Positions 1 through 12,600 of a stretch of 64,000 nt of DNA are shown here, in pieces. The translations under genes and the position numbers were made by a program. Below the pieces are notes generated by a model, which did no database searches, was not told the origin of the DNA, and saw nothing but the letters and a program-made list of their open reading frames with translations. Every line of letters starts with the position of its first letter. Position 1 is the first letter of the stretch. Source of the stretch: Felis catus (lineage: Eukaryota); the NCBI RefSeq assembly GCF_018350175.1, contig NC_058382.1, forward strand, positions 56,732,001 to 56,796,000, given 5' to 3'.

Positions 1-602
1 CACTTGGGAAAACAATGCTTTTCTACAAGCCATAAGAACACAGGAACGATAATACCCTTTCTTCCAGCACGTTCCACCCAGGGCCTAGCAAGTGGCTTGG
101 CACGCAGTAGGTTTTTAAGAAGTATCATTTGAATCCGTTAATATTCCTCCCATGAGGCAATGTGGCCTGCATGAGAGACTTCAGTCTTTTTGTGATGCTC
201 TTAGAGACTTGACATGGGACTTTTCATTCAGCAGGCACTCAGTAAATGCTGGGTGAGTGACTATAGCTGCCAGTGCTCATTAAAAATATCAAAAGAAACT
301 TACTGAGTCCTCACCCTTTCATTCTACCTATGGAGCCAAATGACAGAATACTTATTAAACGGCATGGCCCCTTTAATGGGAAATTAACAATCTACAAAAC
401 ATTGTGGGCTGGTAGCAGGAGTTCAGTGAGCTAACTGGCTATGGTAGCATGTTGGTTGCCCTGACTTGGTTCCCCAGTGGGAATTAATCTCTATTTAGCA
501 AGAGCTGTGAACTCTTTAAGGGGAGCTCCGCTCCCTCTTGGAATCCTAGGAACCTCTGGCTTGGTCTTCAGCTTTAGAAATCCCTGGTAATTTTCACCTA
601 AG

Positions 603-806
603 TCGGTGCTTCTTAATTGGGGAGGGGGGAGATGTGCCCCTGGGGAAAATCTGGCAGTGTCCAGCGACATTTTTGATTGTCACAGCTCAGAAGGTGCTGG
701 CCTCAAGTATACAGGTGCCCCGCATCCCACGATGCATAGGATGGCCCCGCCACAAAGAACGATCCGGCTCCCGGATGTTAAGGATGCCAAAGTAGAAAAG
801 CCCTAA
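603..806 (+). mobile_element. MER20-like hAT-Charlie DNA transposon fossil
   Basis: Diagnostic segments ggcagtgtccagcgacatttttgattgtcaca and ccacaaagaa...gccaaagtagaaaagccct; about 200 bp. Confidence 0.7.
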
Positions 807-1039
807 CCCAAGCAAAGATCAAATGGACACGAAGTTGCCTCAGTGGTCAAGACCATGATTTCTGAACCACCCCATCAAGGGCGTTTGATGTGGCTAATGG
901 CAAGAGCGCCAGGTAGAACACGGCTTCATCATTTAGTTTCTGGCTCTTTTGGAGCAGAGTTGGATCTGTCCTGGATGACGACAGAGACCGTTAGATCACT
1001 ACTGCAGTGTGGAAAAAGAACTGCATTGAGTGGTTTCTA

Positions 1040-1480
1040 GATGTCAGGCACTATGCCACGTACTTTGCACACATCCTCTCACTGAATGTGAGATGTCTCT
1101 TTGCACACATCTTCTCAGTGAATGTGAGATGTCTCTACTCACAGTATCTCTGAGGTGGGAACTATGAGGATCCGAAAGCCCCAGCTTTGAGACTGAATAG
1201 CTAACCCAGAGGTCACATGGGGCTGAGTGGTAAAGTCCTGTATCTCACTCTTTAGGACTCCTGGGTCTGTATTTTTAAGCCCTGTGAATCCTTGGTTTCA
1301 AATCCCTGCTCTGCTACTTACTCCTTGGAGGGTCTCTGGCATGGATTTACTTCACTGCCTTTGTTTCTTCATCTACAAAATGAGGATAAATAATAGTTCA
1401 GAGGGTTTTCTACTTGGTTTAAAGTGTGTGTAAAATGCCTTTGACAATGCCTGGCCCCAGTATGAGTACAATATATGTTA
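1040..1480. mobile_element. Degraded MIR SINE fragments
   Basis: MIR core-like ttcttcatctacaaaatgaggataaataatag and ggtttcaaatccctgctctgctactta. Confidence 0.55.
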
Positions 1481-2198
1481 GTTCTTCTTTCCGCTTACCA
1501 GCCATTATGTGCAGATATTAAGAGAAATTTGTCAGTATGATACAGAATTCTCTTAGTTGATGGGACTTTCCCTAAATTAACCAGGAGACTCCATTTACTG
1601 GAAACATAGTTAATGATGAAGCTTTTATTCTGTTCACCTCCTTTAGGGAGGACTTAAAAATAGCTCACAAACTCACTGTTAGAAACCCAATCGGGACTTA
1701 ATTAGTCCTAGCCCTTCTTCTACCTAAGTTGTTCAATGTTAAATCCCAGATGACCCTGGGTGGAGAGATGTGGAAACCTCCCAAGCACAGTTCAATATGC
1801 TCAGTGTCAAAGAAGACTTTCCAATAAGAGTTGGGGGGGGGGGTGCGGTTAAGGATTTCTGATGTCAACAAAGAAGAAAAAAATATTTTTGTGGATGTGC
1901 TAAATTAGATGCTTGCAATTTGTGTCCCTCTCTCCTGGGAACGATTCATTAATTTTCTCTACAGCCAGCCTCATTCTATCAGGCCACCAGAGGGGGGATT
2001 TGTGGATCAGAGATCTGGCCCCATGTTTCTCTGGCATGGGGAAGTCTCATTATCTGCACATGTGCGTAGAGGGACACACGCACTCTCTGGGCGTGGCCTT
2101 CACACCCGTTCACAACCTGCCCCAGACTCATGTTCCACTCTATCTATCTGCCACCCTCTAGATGCTACCATGCCTCTTTCTGCTATCTCCAAGTCAGT

Positions 2199-2560
2199 CA
2201 TTCATTCATGCATTCATCTATCCATTCAATGGCAACAGCATTCATTCATGCATTCATCCATCCATTCAGTGGCAACTGCCATATGCTGTTCTAAGCATTG
2301 GGGTATGGAGGTGAGCAAGCAATGTATAGAACTTACATTCCAGCTTGGAAATCAGTATAAAATAAAACATACGCTAATACTTAAGTTCAGAAAATGGTAA
2401 GTGCGATGAGGAAAATAACGTAGAGTAATGAGGGAGTGTGGCTGGCGGAAGAAGGTGTGGGATTTGACGAAGCGGTCAGAGGAAGCCCCTTGGAAGTGAA
2501 GTTTGGACTGAAACCTGCGAAAAGAGAAGCATCTATACCCCAAGGATGGCACTTGGTACA
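2199..2560 (-). mobile_element. L2 3' end fragment
   Basis: (CATT)n tail followed by ttctaagcattgggg...gaacttacattccag, typical of the L2 3' end. Confidence 0.5.
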
Positions 2561-4515
2561 TGCTAGCAGAGCTCGGTTCCTTCCCTCTTAAGAGGCTATA
2601 AACTCTTCGAGGGTAGAGCCCTTAAATTTCCTTATCTTAGTATCTCCAGAGTCTGGGCATCCCCAACACCTAGCACAGAATGTGTGGATTCCAAGTTGCC
2701 CCAGACGGTTGCTCAACTGATTTGATTTAATCTAACTGAAAGCTTTATTTCCAGTTTTACCAATTATTTATCTGTTGGCCACCCTACTGATCTTGTTTAA
2801 AAATCAAATGAGAAAAAAAAAGCTACAGTCTTCATTTCTCTGGGCTCAAGACGCTCAAAAAACACACTTCTGGAAATCCATTTAAGGAATGCAATATAAA
2901 TGCCAAACAGCGTCTCGGGATGGGTGCCATTTCCACAAATTGATGACATCTAAATTTATTAATGTTGTATGCTATGCCTCCCAGTCTTTGCTCAAAGAAA
3001 ACCAACTCCTAATTCATGGGTAGTTAAGTCTTGGAAGACACAGAAGCATGGAGGGAAGGTCGTGATGGTTTCTCTTCCCCTGGCCTCAGAGAATACACCA
3101 GCTATCTGCATTCGCTTTTCAGCCCTTCTGGTTGAGGTCTGTCTGTGCCGCTAGATGGAGAGCCCCACAATGCTAGGGGCATTTTTGCCTTGTCTGAAAT
3201 ATCCACAGTGCCAGTCCGTATCTAGGATGTAGTAGGTACTCAGGAAAAGCATTGGCTCCAAGCTCAAAGACCTTGGAGCTGTTGGCTTGAACTTTAATCC
3301 ACCAGGCCATCTCTGCATGTTCCATCCGTTCAACAAAGGTCTAGGTGTCAGATACTGTGCTAGATGCTGGGGATATGATGGTCTGTGATAATCTGCACAG
3401 TCCCTCGACTCTTGGTGCTTAGAGTCCAGTGGGAGAGGCAAGCTTCAGTAGGATGATGGTACAGGTAAGTGTGAAATTGTGGACTGTGCTAAAAACTAAG
3501 AAGGAAAGATGTGCGTTGCTTTGAGAGGGTCTAACTGGCAGCCTTGACACAGGAGGAGGACTTGACACAGGAGGGAGATGGCTCATTTGCTTTCTAATTT
3601 CCACCAGCCCCAGGAAGGCAGCCTTCTTTTCCCCGTTAATGCTATTTCCAGCCAACTCCGTCTGGACTCCCACCCACCCACACCTACCTGCCAATATCCT
3701 ATTCACCCCCTTCTTTCTGCCCTTGAAGAGAGACCTACAGCCCTTTCCATCCTGGGGGTGTTGCTACCATCCTCGTAACAAAATAGACAAGCCCAACAAA
3801 ATCTTCGACAGTCCGTGCCCTTGAGCGTTTTATGTGCCTCCCCGTGTAGCATTTTCGCCTTAAGGAAACTGAGGAAGAGGTATGATTTTTCCCCTGTCTG
3901 CATAATTTCCTTTCCTGTCTGGCTGAGCACTCGTCAAGCCTGCCGGCAGATCCAGAGCGGCTCTGGAAGCTCGGAGAAGCAGGCAGAGGCCGAGTGACCC
4001 TGTGAAAGCCGAGCTTAACCTCTGTTCACATGTCATTAGCTGTGCTCTCGAAGCCTTAGGGATGCTGCCTTGGAGGGAAGGATGCCGACACGCCAGGATG
4101 GAGCCCTTGGGTGTCACCTGCGGGAGCCCGAAAGGCAGTCCCCACAAAGCCCCCTCCAGGCCACCATGCCTGCCTCACCCCATCTCGCCTCCCTCCTTTG
4201 TGCTAAGCACCTATCTGGAAGCCAGTGAAAGGAAGGGAATTCTGGAGGAAAGGACCGCGTTGGCATTTTGAGCGGATTAAGCTGTATGCAAGCTGAGCAG
4301 CCTGCATCACGGGGAGCGTGCTAGAGTGATCGGAACCCCTGGACAGCTTCCACCCTTGCAGGCTCCCATCTGCTCCGCCAGCTTGCACCCTCGAGTGGCC
4401 CCCTCTGGGCTCCACAGTCTGGCTTGGGATACTATTCCAGCAAGGAGGACCACCTCCTCCATAGCACTGTGCACACGGCTTCACGCCTCGCATCCTGGGT
4501 GTCCACCCTCAAACA

Positions 4516-4517
4516 CG

Positions 4518-4552
<35 letters not shown>
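4516..4552. repeat. (CA)n microsatellite
   Basis: cgcacgcacacacac...acaca seen directly. Confidence 0.95.
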
Positions 4553-4554
<2 letters not shown>

Positions 4555-7500
4555 CCGCGCAGCATAGGAAATCAAGTGAATGAAATCGCTACCACACTGA
4601 ATTTCCAAACAGAAAAGGCAACGCGGAACTTGTCAGCTGAAGAACGAGGTGTTCAGTAATTCTTTGGAGGAGCCGCGGAAGTAGGAGTCCTACAGAGGCT
4701 TGTCACTCTAATCAAAGCATTTGTAGCTGTTGGGGGCACCGAGGGGAGAACGGGAGGTTGGTTTGAAGAGTGTGTGTATGCGTCTTTCCCCGCTAGTTTG
4801 CTGATATCTCTGGGTTGTTCACACAGACAGGAGATTTAGCTGACCAAACAGGAAATCCTAGTTAGCACCTGCTGCCCTGGCTGGAGGCACCCCTGTCCTC
4901 TAGAGAAGAGGCCACAGCTTGTTGCTTTGACTTGTCAGGACTCACAGCTTCAGAGCACGGAACGTGCTTCCCGGGAAATGCACTCTGCACCGTGACCGGT
5001 GCATCCACGCCCCAATATTGGTAAAGCCCCAAGTGTGTGACCGAGACCAACAAAAATGCCCGTCACACCCCTTGGTCACCCGTCCAGCAGGAGATCCGAG
5101 CCAGGAAAACTAGACACATCCCGTCTCCTGTAGAAGCCTCTTCCATCCGGGAGGCGCGAACAGAAGTTGTCGGTGCTCTTGGCAAAGCTCTCGAACATCT
5201 GCTTTGATGGCTTCGTCGTCATGTGAGGAGTGATATATAGTTGTATGGTAATGTGTGTCGGCGGCCTTTGGTGACTGAACGCCGCCGACAGCAGGATCTT
5301 AATAACAGAGACGACTGATTGATAGGAGGTCAACCGCCAAGAGGTCAGTCAGATGTCAAGTTCTGCTCTTAATGGAGGAGTTGCCCTGTGTATGCTCATT
5401 GGCTTGGGGGGAAATGCGTGGGGATTCTGTCTGTGGGTCCATGAGACCGGGGCGGCGGGGGAGGTATCCGTCCTTCTGGTGAAGGCTTAGCAAAATGAGA
5501 AAGAGTTCCACGCAGGGAGGGCCACGTCCATCTGGTTTAGCACTGTATCCTCTGTGGGTGATACCTAGCATCATTCAATAGACATCCCCTAAATAAAGGA
5601 GGTAGTGGATGAGCTGGAAGCTTCCATATCTGACCTGTTTCACTCCCAGCATTCCCCGCATCCGCTAAAGGCGAAGCCAACTGCGCACGTCGGAGATCAA
5701 TGAGTGGCCTTCCACTTCTCCCTGTCCCTCCCCTACCAAGTCCTGTGTATTCTGCCCCAAGGAGTCCTGTGTATTCTGCCCCATATCTCTGACATGCCCC
5801 CTCGTCATCCCTTTGTTGACCGAACCCACCTCCTGTCTGTGATTCGTGCCCCCCCCCCCCGGTTCTTTTAACAGAAACTCCATGACATTACAATCTTGCT
5901 TCAAAACAATCAAACAGGCAAATAATTTTGTGGCCCTCAGGGATGCCATCAGACCGTGCAGCCTGCCTTCTTGCTGCCTGCCCAGCCCCAGTCCCTCCTC
6001 ATCTGTGTCCACCCTGGGCCCTTCACTAGGTGCTGTTTCTCACCTTCCATGTGACCACCTTGCCTCTTTGCACTGCTCATGTATTTACTCACCCTGGACC
6101 CCCATCGTCTCTTCTCTACTTGGCAAAATACCCTCATTCTGCAAGGCATGTCATTTGGGGAGCCTTTTCTGATCCTGTCTTCCCTGGGCCAAGTCCCTTT
6201 CCTGTCTTTCATGTCTCATCACTCAGCAGTGTCATCAGGCTGTGTGCCCATCCACCTCCTGGCCTGTGAGGACATCAAGTCAGGGGCCATGGTGACTTTA
6301 TTAGAGTCCCTGCCAGTGACTAATATGGTTCCTGGCACACAGTTAAAAAAAATGGATGGACTGGGTGGGTGGATAAGTAGCTAGTTGGGTCAGTTGATGG
6401 GTATGTTTATAGATGGACAAGTTCAATGTGTGATAAAGTGAATAGAAGAAGTGGTTGGAGAGATAATAAGTTGATTAACTCCAGGAAAATACTAATGGAA
6501 TAATTTGGCAACTCCACTGCCCTCCATTATGGGGTAAATGATATGACACCATCCAAGGAGAGCCAAGTGTCCTCTTGGGCTATCTGCCATTTGGACTGGG
6601 AATTCTGGGATTCTCGGTACACAGAGTGGGATCTAGAAGGGGACCCACGGGGCCTGGCTGGGCACATTTCCTTGGTCCTGGGGACTCTTTATAGCATGGA
6701 CAAGGACACAATCGCTTATGTCGAAAGGCATTATCTCACCAGGAAATATCGAAGACGTGTGGTCAAGGAAATGTCGGGCTAATGCACTAGCCAATCCAGT
6801 GACACCTGTAGCTGTCATTACAGTGAAGGGTGTACTAATTCCTGGGTGCTCACGTGATCAGTCCTTTCTCACGACATCATCTGGGCGAACCCTCAGTCCC
6901 CTAGTCAGGCATGAACTAATAGGGGCAATGCACAATGTTGATACTGCAGAAGAGAGAGACAGAAGAGACACTGGAAATGCAAATTGCTTTCTTTGCAGCG
7001 AGTAGAAGTCACATTACTCTACGAAGCTGTCTGATTATCTGTAATTACGCCCAAAATAGTCAAGCAAGTTTGCTAGCCAGTTGAGGAGTCGCATGTGAAA
7101 TGAACTTGTCACTAGAGAAAGTATGTTGGAACGTGGAAAAGAGATTACTACATTCAGGGGAAAGATGGGAATGAATCTCATTTCAGTTCCTTGCCTAAAA
7201 GCCCGCAATTGTCAACATTTTTGCGGAGGGAACATTATTACAGTTATTCAGTTGGGCACTCTGCAACACTCAGTGGAAACTCGAACGTGAGCTCTAAGCC
7301 GTCCTAAAACCCAAATAGTTGAAATGATCCACTATAAGTGGGATCTAATATCTAAATTCATAAACTCAATTATTTTTATATTTAAATTTTCTCCTAAATA
7401 TTAGGGTTTTTTGAAATAAAGGAATGCAGTTCCACCGTGGAAAGCATAGGGCATATAAAAGTCATAAAAATAACTTCTCCCTAATCCCATCATCCAGAGA

Positions 7501-7619
7501 AAACTATTATTATTAACAATTGGGTGCATTGCTTGTGAGTCTTTACTCTGCATATCTTTAATAACATTAGAATTTTAATATATGCATCATTATCCAGTTA
7601 TGTTTTTCACTTAACTTTT

Positions 7620-7827
7620 TAAAAAATTTTTTAATGTTTATTTCTGAGAGAGAGACAGAGTATGAGTGGGGGAGGGGCAGAGAGAGAGGGAGACACAGAA
7701 TCCGAAGCAGGCTCCGGGCTCCGAGCTGTCAGCACAGAGCCCGACGTGGGGCTTGAACTCGCAAACCGTGAGACCATGACCTGAGCTAAAGTCGGATGCA
7801 CAACCGACAGAGCCACCCAGGTGCTAC
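7620..7827 (-). mobile_element. CAN-SINE (SINEC_Fc type)
   Basis: Reverse-complement tRNA head and (GA)n tract; TSD ttcacttaactttt at 7606-7619 and 7828-7841. Confidence 0.92.
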
Positions 7828-7881
7828 TTCACTTAACTTTTATAAGTATTTTCACCTAATCAGTAGGCACCGAAGGTTTGA

Positions 7882-7917
7882 TTTTTTTTAACAATTTTTT
7901 AAGCTTTATTTATTTAT

Positions 7918-7952
<35 letters not shown>

Positions 7953-8113
7953 AGAAGTGAGGCAGGGTCAGAGAAAGAGGGAGAGAAAGAATACCAAGCA
8001 GGCTCCGCACTGTCAGCACAGAGCCCGATGCGGGGCTCGAACCCACGAAGTGCAAGATCATGACCTGAGCCAATGTCAGAAGCTTTAACTGACTGAGCCA
8101 CCCAGGTGCACCC
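7882..8113 (-). mobile_element. CAN-SINE
   Basis: T-rich tail, (GA)n tract, ends gactgagccacccaggtgcaccc. Confidence 0.92.
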
Positions 8114-8327
8114 TCCCCGAGATATAGGTTTTCAATGGCAACATAATATTTGCCATTTTGATGTGCCATCTGTTACTCAACTGCCAGTTTATTTTAAACA
8201 ATTTTTTTTTTTGCTATTATAAACTATTCTGCAGTGGACATCCTTGTACACCTATCTTTGCCTCTAACTCTACCTATTTTCTTAATGAAATGCCTAGGAA
8301 TGGAATGACACAATCAAAGATGTGATC

Positions 8328-8530
8328 GTGGGTCGCCTGGGTGGCTCAGTTGGTTAATCATCTGACTTTGGCTCAGGTCATGATCTCACCGTTCATGAGT
8401 TCCAGTCCCTCCCTGGGCTCTGTGCTGACAGCTCAGAGCCTGGAGCCTGCTTTAGATTCTGTATCTCTCTCTCTCTCTCTCTCTCTCTCCCTGCCCCCAC
8501 TCTCAAAAATAAATAAATAATTTTTTTTTT
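8328..8530 (+). mobile_element. CAN-SINE
   Basis: gggtcgcctgggtggctcag head, (CT)n, AATAAA; TSD aagatgtgat. Confidence 0.92.
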
Positions 8531-8890
8531 AAGATGTGATTCTTTTAGTAGGTCATCGACCTAGATCTCAATTGAATGGTGCCACTGCTGTCTGAATCTT
8601 GGCTTCCTAAACCTTTCTAAACTTAGGTGTAGAAATAGGAGATGGAAGTCTTGGGTGGAGAAGAAAGGAAGCGGTGAACACAGGGAGCGGGAATTAAAGG
8701 GGAGTCAAAAAACTTGAACTCAGCCTGTGAGTCAAGGGATTCCTGGAGACAGAAGGGTTTACTGGTAGGAGACAGTAAGCCACAGAAAAATGAGACTGAA
8801 GAACAGATAAGAAAGAAACAAATTGAGTCATCCCCCCCATGGTGAGTGGGAGGATTAATTGGTAATGAAGCAAGGATAAGAAGGCAGTGA

Positions 8891-9110
8891 GAGGGCCGCC
8901 TGGGCTCAGTCGGTTGGGCATACGACTTTGTCTTGGGTCATGATCTCACCGTTCAAGGGTTTGAGCCCCGTGTCGGGCTCTGTGCTGATGGCTCAGAGCC
9001 TGGAGCCTGCTTCCGATTCTGTGTCTCCCTCTCCCTCTGCCCCTCCCCTGCTCACGCTGTCTCTCTCTGTGTCTCAAAAATAAATAAGCATTCATTTAAA
9101 AAGAAGAAGA
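8891..9110 (+). mobile_element. CAN-SINE
   Basis: cgcctgggctcagtcggtt head, gagccccgtgtcgggctctgtgctga body, A-rich tail. Confidence 0.9.
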
Positions 9111-9457
9111 AGAAGGCCATGGGAAAGTAGAGAAGGAAAATGTCGGACTAGCTCTGAAGGAAGAGGGCACTCACTTCCTAAGAACATCCATGTGCCGCAA
9201 AGGCCGAGCTCCACAGACCCGGGAGTCATGGAATGAACGGACCGATCAGGGTCTACCCAGTGGAGGGCTTCATGCGCCATCTTGTACGCAGAGAGTTCTA
9301 CTCTGGCAGTTTACCCACCAGAACAGTGGGGCAGCTTGAGGGGGGAGAGGTCATTCCTGGGGCCGAGTGACAAGTTAATCTGCGATGTGCATGGAGAGTG
9401 TGGTTTACACAGAGGTAAATTCAAGCACAGCAACAGATCTACGCGTACTTTACGACC

Positions 9458-9630
9458 TAGCCACTCAAAGTGCAGTCCGTGGACCAGCAGTATCATAAAC
9501 ACCTGAAAGTTTGTTAGGGATGCGTCCTCTCCCACCCTTCCTGCCCCAGACTCACTGAATGACAATCTGCCCTCTAACAGGATTTATATCCACATTAAAA
9601 TTCGAATTAAAATTTCAGAATCGCTGCTTT
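9458..9630. mobile_element. MER5A-like hAT fossil
   Basis: actcaaagtgcagtccgtggaccagcagtatca...cccagactcactgaat...tctaacag. Confidence 0.55.
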
Positions 9631-12600
9631 AGAAGCCGTCTTTTCGTATGGGCTTCAGATGATGCTGGTACTTCGATTTAAAAGTGCCAAACTCTCTGAT
9701 TCCATGCTCACTGCAAAAGCTGAAGATTTATATGAGCCCTTGTAGCTGGCTGAATCATGTGTGCTTTTCGAAGAGGAATCTCCAGATATAAAGTGAAAGT
9801 GCGATGTTAGGTGTTTAGCATAGGTGGAGAAAAACAGTCGATAAGCCCAAGGCTGCCTGACTTTTTGAGAAAAGTAATCTGCTTTGGGGATTGGACTTTG
9901 CAAAGTCCATCAAAACAGGGTACTGTCTCAGATTTCAGACAGAATCTAGCAGACTGGCTAATGTGGCATATCCTCTGGCCTCCCAACCCCAGAAAGTGAC
10001 ATCTTTTCCAATTCCAAGCCCTTTACACAAAATATCCATGCAAGGATATCCTGTGCCATTTATGACATCTTTTTATGTCTCTTCAGTGAAAAATAATTTT
10101 GGAACCATGGGCTTAACCAGAGACAGGCAAAGCTAAAGCCTGGGGAAGCAAGATTAGTACCTGGCACGTTTCCGTTTTCCCTACCTTCCTCATTAATTCA
10201 ACCTGTAGACCAATATTAAGTTTAAATGTAATTACAAAGAGATTGAATGGGAAAAATTCCAGTACCAAACTTTCAGTTTTTCATTTTGTTTCTGCCCGTA
10301 GCACCGTTCACTGTTAACCAGAAGGAGGGTTTGGGAGATCATTTGGGCCTGCCATCAAGTCAGATCAGTTATCATTTTTAATTATTGTTATCCTGAAAAA
10401 GATCTCATAGGCTTTAAAGTAAGCCAGCCCCCAAAAAGAAATCCATGCTTTCAAATGGTAAGAGAGATCCCACAACGTGAGTGTAAGGAAGGGGGAGGAG
10501 GAAGATAATACTAGGGTGAGGCACCTTGAGTTGGAGAAACCCACATAATCCTCACCACCATGAACGGACATTTATTGAGCACCTACTGTATACCAGGGAG
10601 AACGCAGATCACTTCACATGCATCCTCTCACCCCAAGGAAGATGGTGCACTTAACCCATCCAACATCACGTAGCCATTAAGTGGCTCAGTCTGGATTTGA
10701 ATGCAGGGCTTGCCTTCCATGACCACGCTTGCCTCCTTCTCTCATATTGAGTATTTCTGGCAAATCAAGGGACATGAAAGCAACACAATATATTTCCACA
10801 ACATCAAGGAAACCTCTTAGAGCCAACATCGGCCCTGACTTCAGAAACTCATCTGGCAGAGGGACAGAGTCCTCATGGGAGGCGACACCTGCCAGCTGAC
10901 ACATGGAGAACTTCTCAATAGAGGAGATGTCCAGGCATCTCTTGGGCCGCGTCTCTCCCATCCCCATGCCTCCACTGCCCTGTCCACAGCTTTGCATGAT
11001 AGGTGATAATCACGATGGCATCCCCCATCACTGGCACCACGGTAAATTATAGGTCCTGCTCCACGTTGAAGCAAACAAAGCTGCCCGCAAGGCCTTCCTG
11101 AATGCTCAGTGCATGTCTGCAAACACGGACAGACAAAATTTGCCATCCACGCTCCCAGGGCAGCATGCCACCTTGCCGCGTGCCATTAGAAGTTGACCCT
11201 GGAATTCAGTCTGGGAGCTACTGGGGAGGGGTCCCAGCAGGAGATGCTAGTTTTCCTAGATCATACTTTGCTTGTTGAAGCAATTACCGCTTCAACAATT
11301 ACTGCCTGTTGAAGGAACTAGAGTTTGGGATCGTGACATTTGCTCTCAGCAAGCCCTTAAGACTTCAGAGTGAACCACTCTGGCTGGCGGGATGTTGGAA
11401 GGCCAGAGTTTGTAGGTCATAAGATTGGATCTGGACGTGGTGGCAGCCAGCAGCAGTTAGCAGAGAAATTTTACCAGTGGCCACAGACATCATCTGTAGG
11501 AGGCAGAGACACACGTAATACCTGTGAAAGATATTTCCATTAAAAACAGAGCTTGAAGGCAAGAAAATGAAGGCATTTGGCCATGATATTCAATAGCCTC
11601 TTTCCTGACAGCTTACATCTCCGGGGTCATCACTGTGTGTATAATGGGTGCCTAACGCATGAATAATGTATGTGTAATGTATGTGCCACTGCCTTAGAAT
11701 AAGGAACGTGGACCATAGGTCTAAGGCACTTTAAATAATTTACATTTTAAATCCGCATCTAGTTGGAGAGTTAACTGAGCCTGCATGTAACATTTATGAA
11801 TACAAGTGAAACTTCTCTTTTTTTTCCAAAGCCAAATGGCCTTTATCTGAGTGTTTAGTATGTGAGTAAATTTAGTTGGCATCTTTTCAACTCTGCTGAA
11901 ATACCTAGTGCTTCGAGTGAGTGGTGTGGACCCTCGTTAGGATTTAATGAGAAAGAATACGTCTTTAAATAATTACCCTGTGGGCAGGTGAGAAAACAGG
12001 GTCTGTGGTCACGCTCGCTGTGTCGGTGTCCGAAGCTGGGTGTCTGTAGTCATGTCAGATTCTCTGTATCTACGGCAACAGAGCAGAGGGGTCAGTGTCC
12101 AACACCGTGGAGGATTGCACGTGTGCCTCCCACACGAGGTCCATGTCTCATAAATAAGTCATGCCAGAGGCCGCAGAGGAGCCAGAACCCTCTCCAGGAG
12201 CTCGTGGAAGAAGCTAAAGGGAACTCGCTTGTTGGAAGCACTGAAATTTTGATCAGAAGCGTTGCATGGAACCAGGAAGACAGAATGGAGAGAGAGAGAC
12301 GCAGAGATTTCATTCTAAAAGGTTAATGAAGCAATTCTGGGGCACACGATAGCTCATCATAACATTGTGGAGTTATTGCAATGGCCAGTCACTGTGTTCA
12401 TCTCCATACATATGTTATTTTATCTCATCTTTATTTAAAAGAGCAAAAACCCTGAGGTAGACACCTTAATTATACCCATTTTCTAGATGAGAGCACAGAG
12501 TGGTTAAGCAAGTTTGTCCTGTCACAAGGAACAAGGTTTTGAACCCAAGGAGTTGAATTTACTGCAGTTTCTCGCAACTAAATGCTTTTGTGCCTTCCCA

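Noticed and set aside
1982..1998. CTCF-like GGCCACCAGAGGGGGA
   Set aside because: It lacks the conserved C of the GGC core; a single weak motif cannot be supported without ChIP data.
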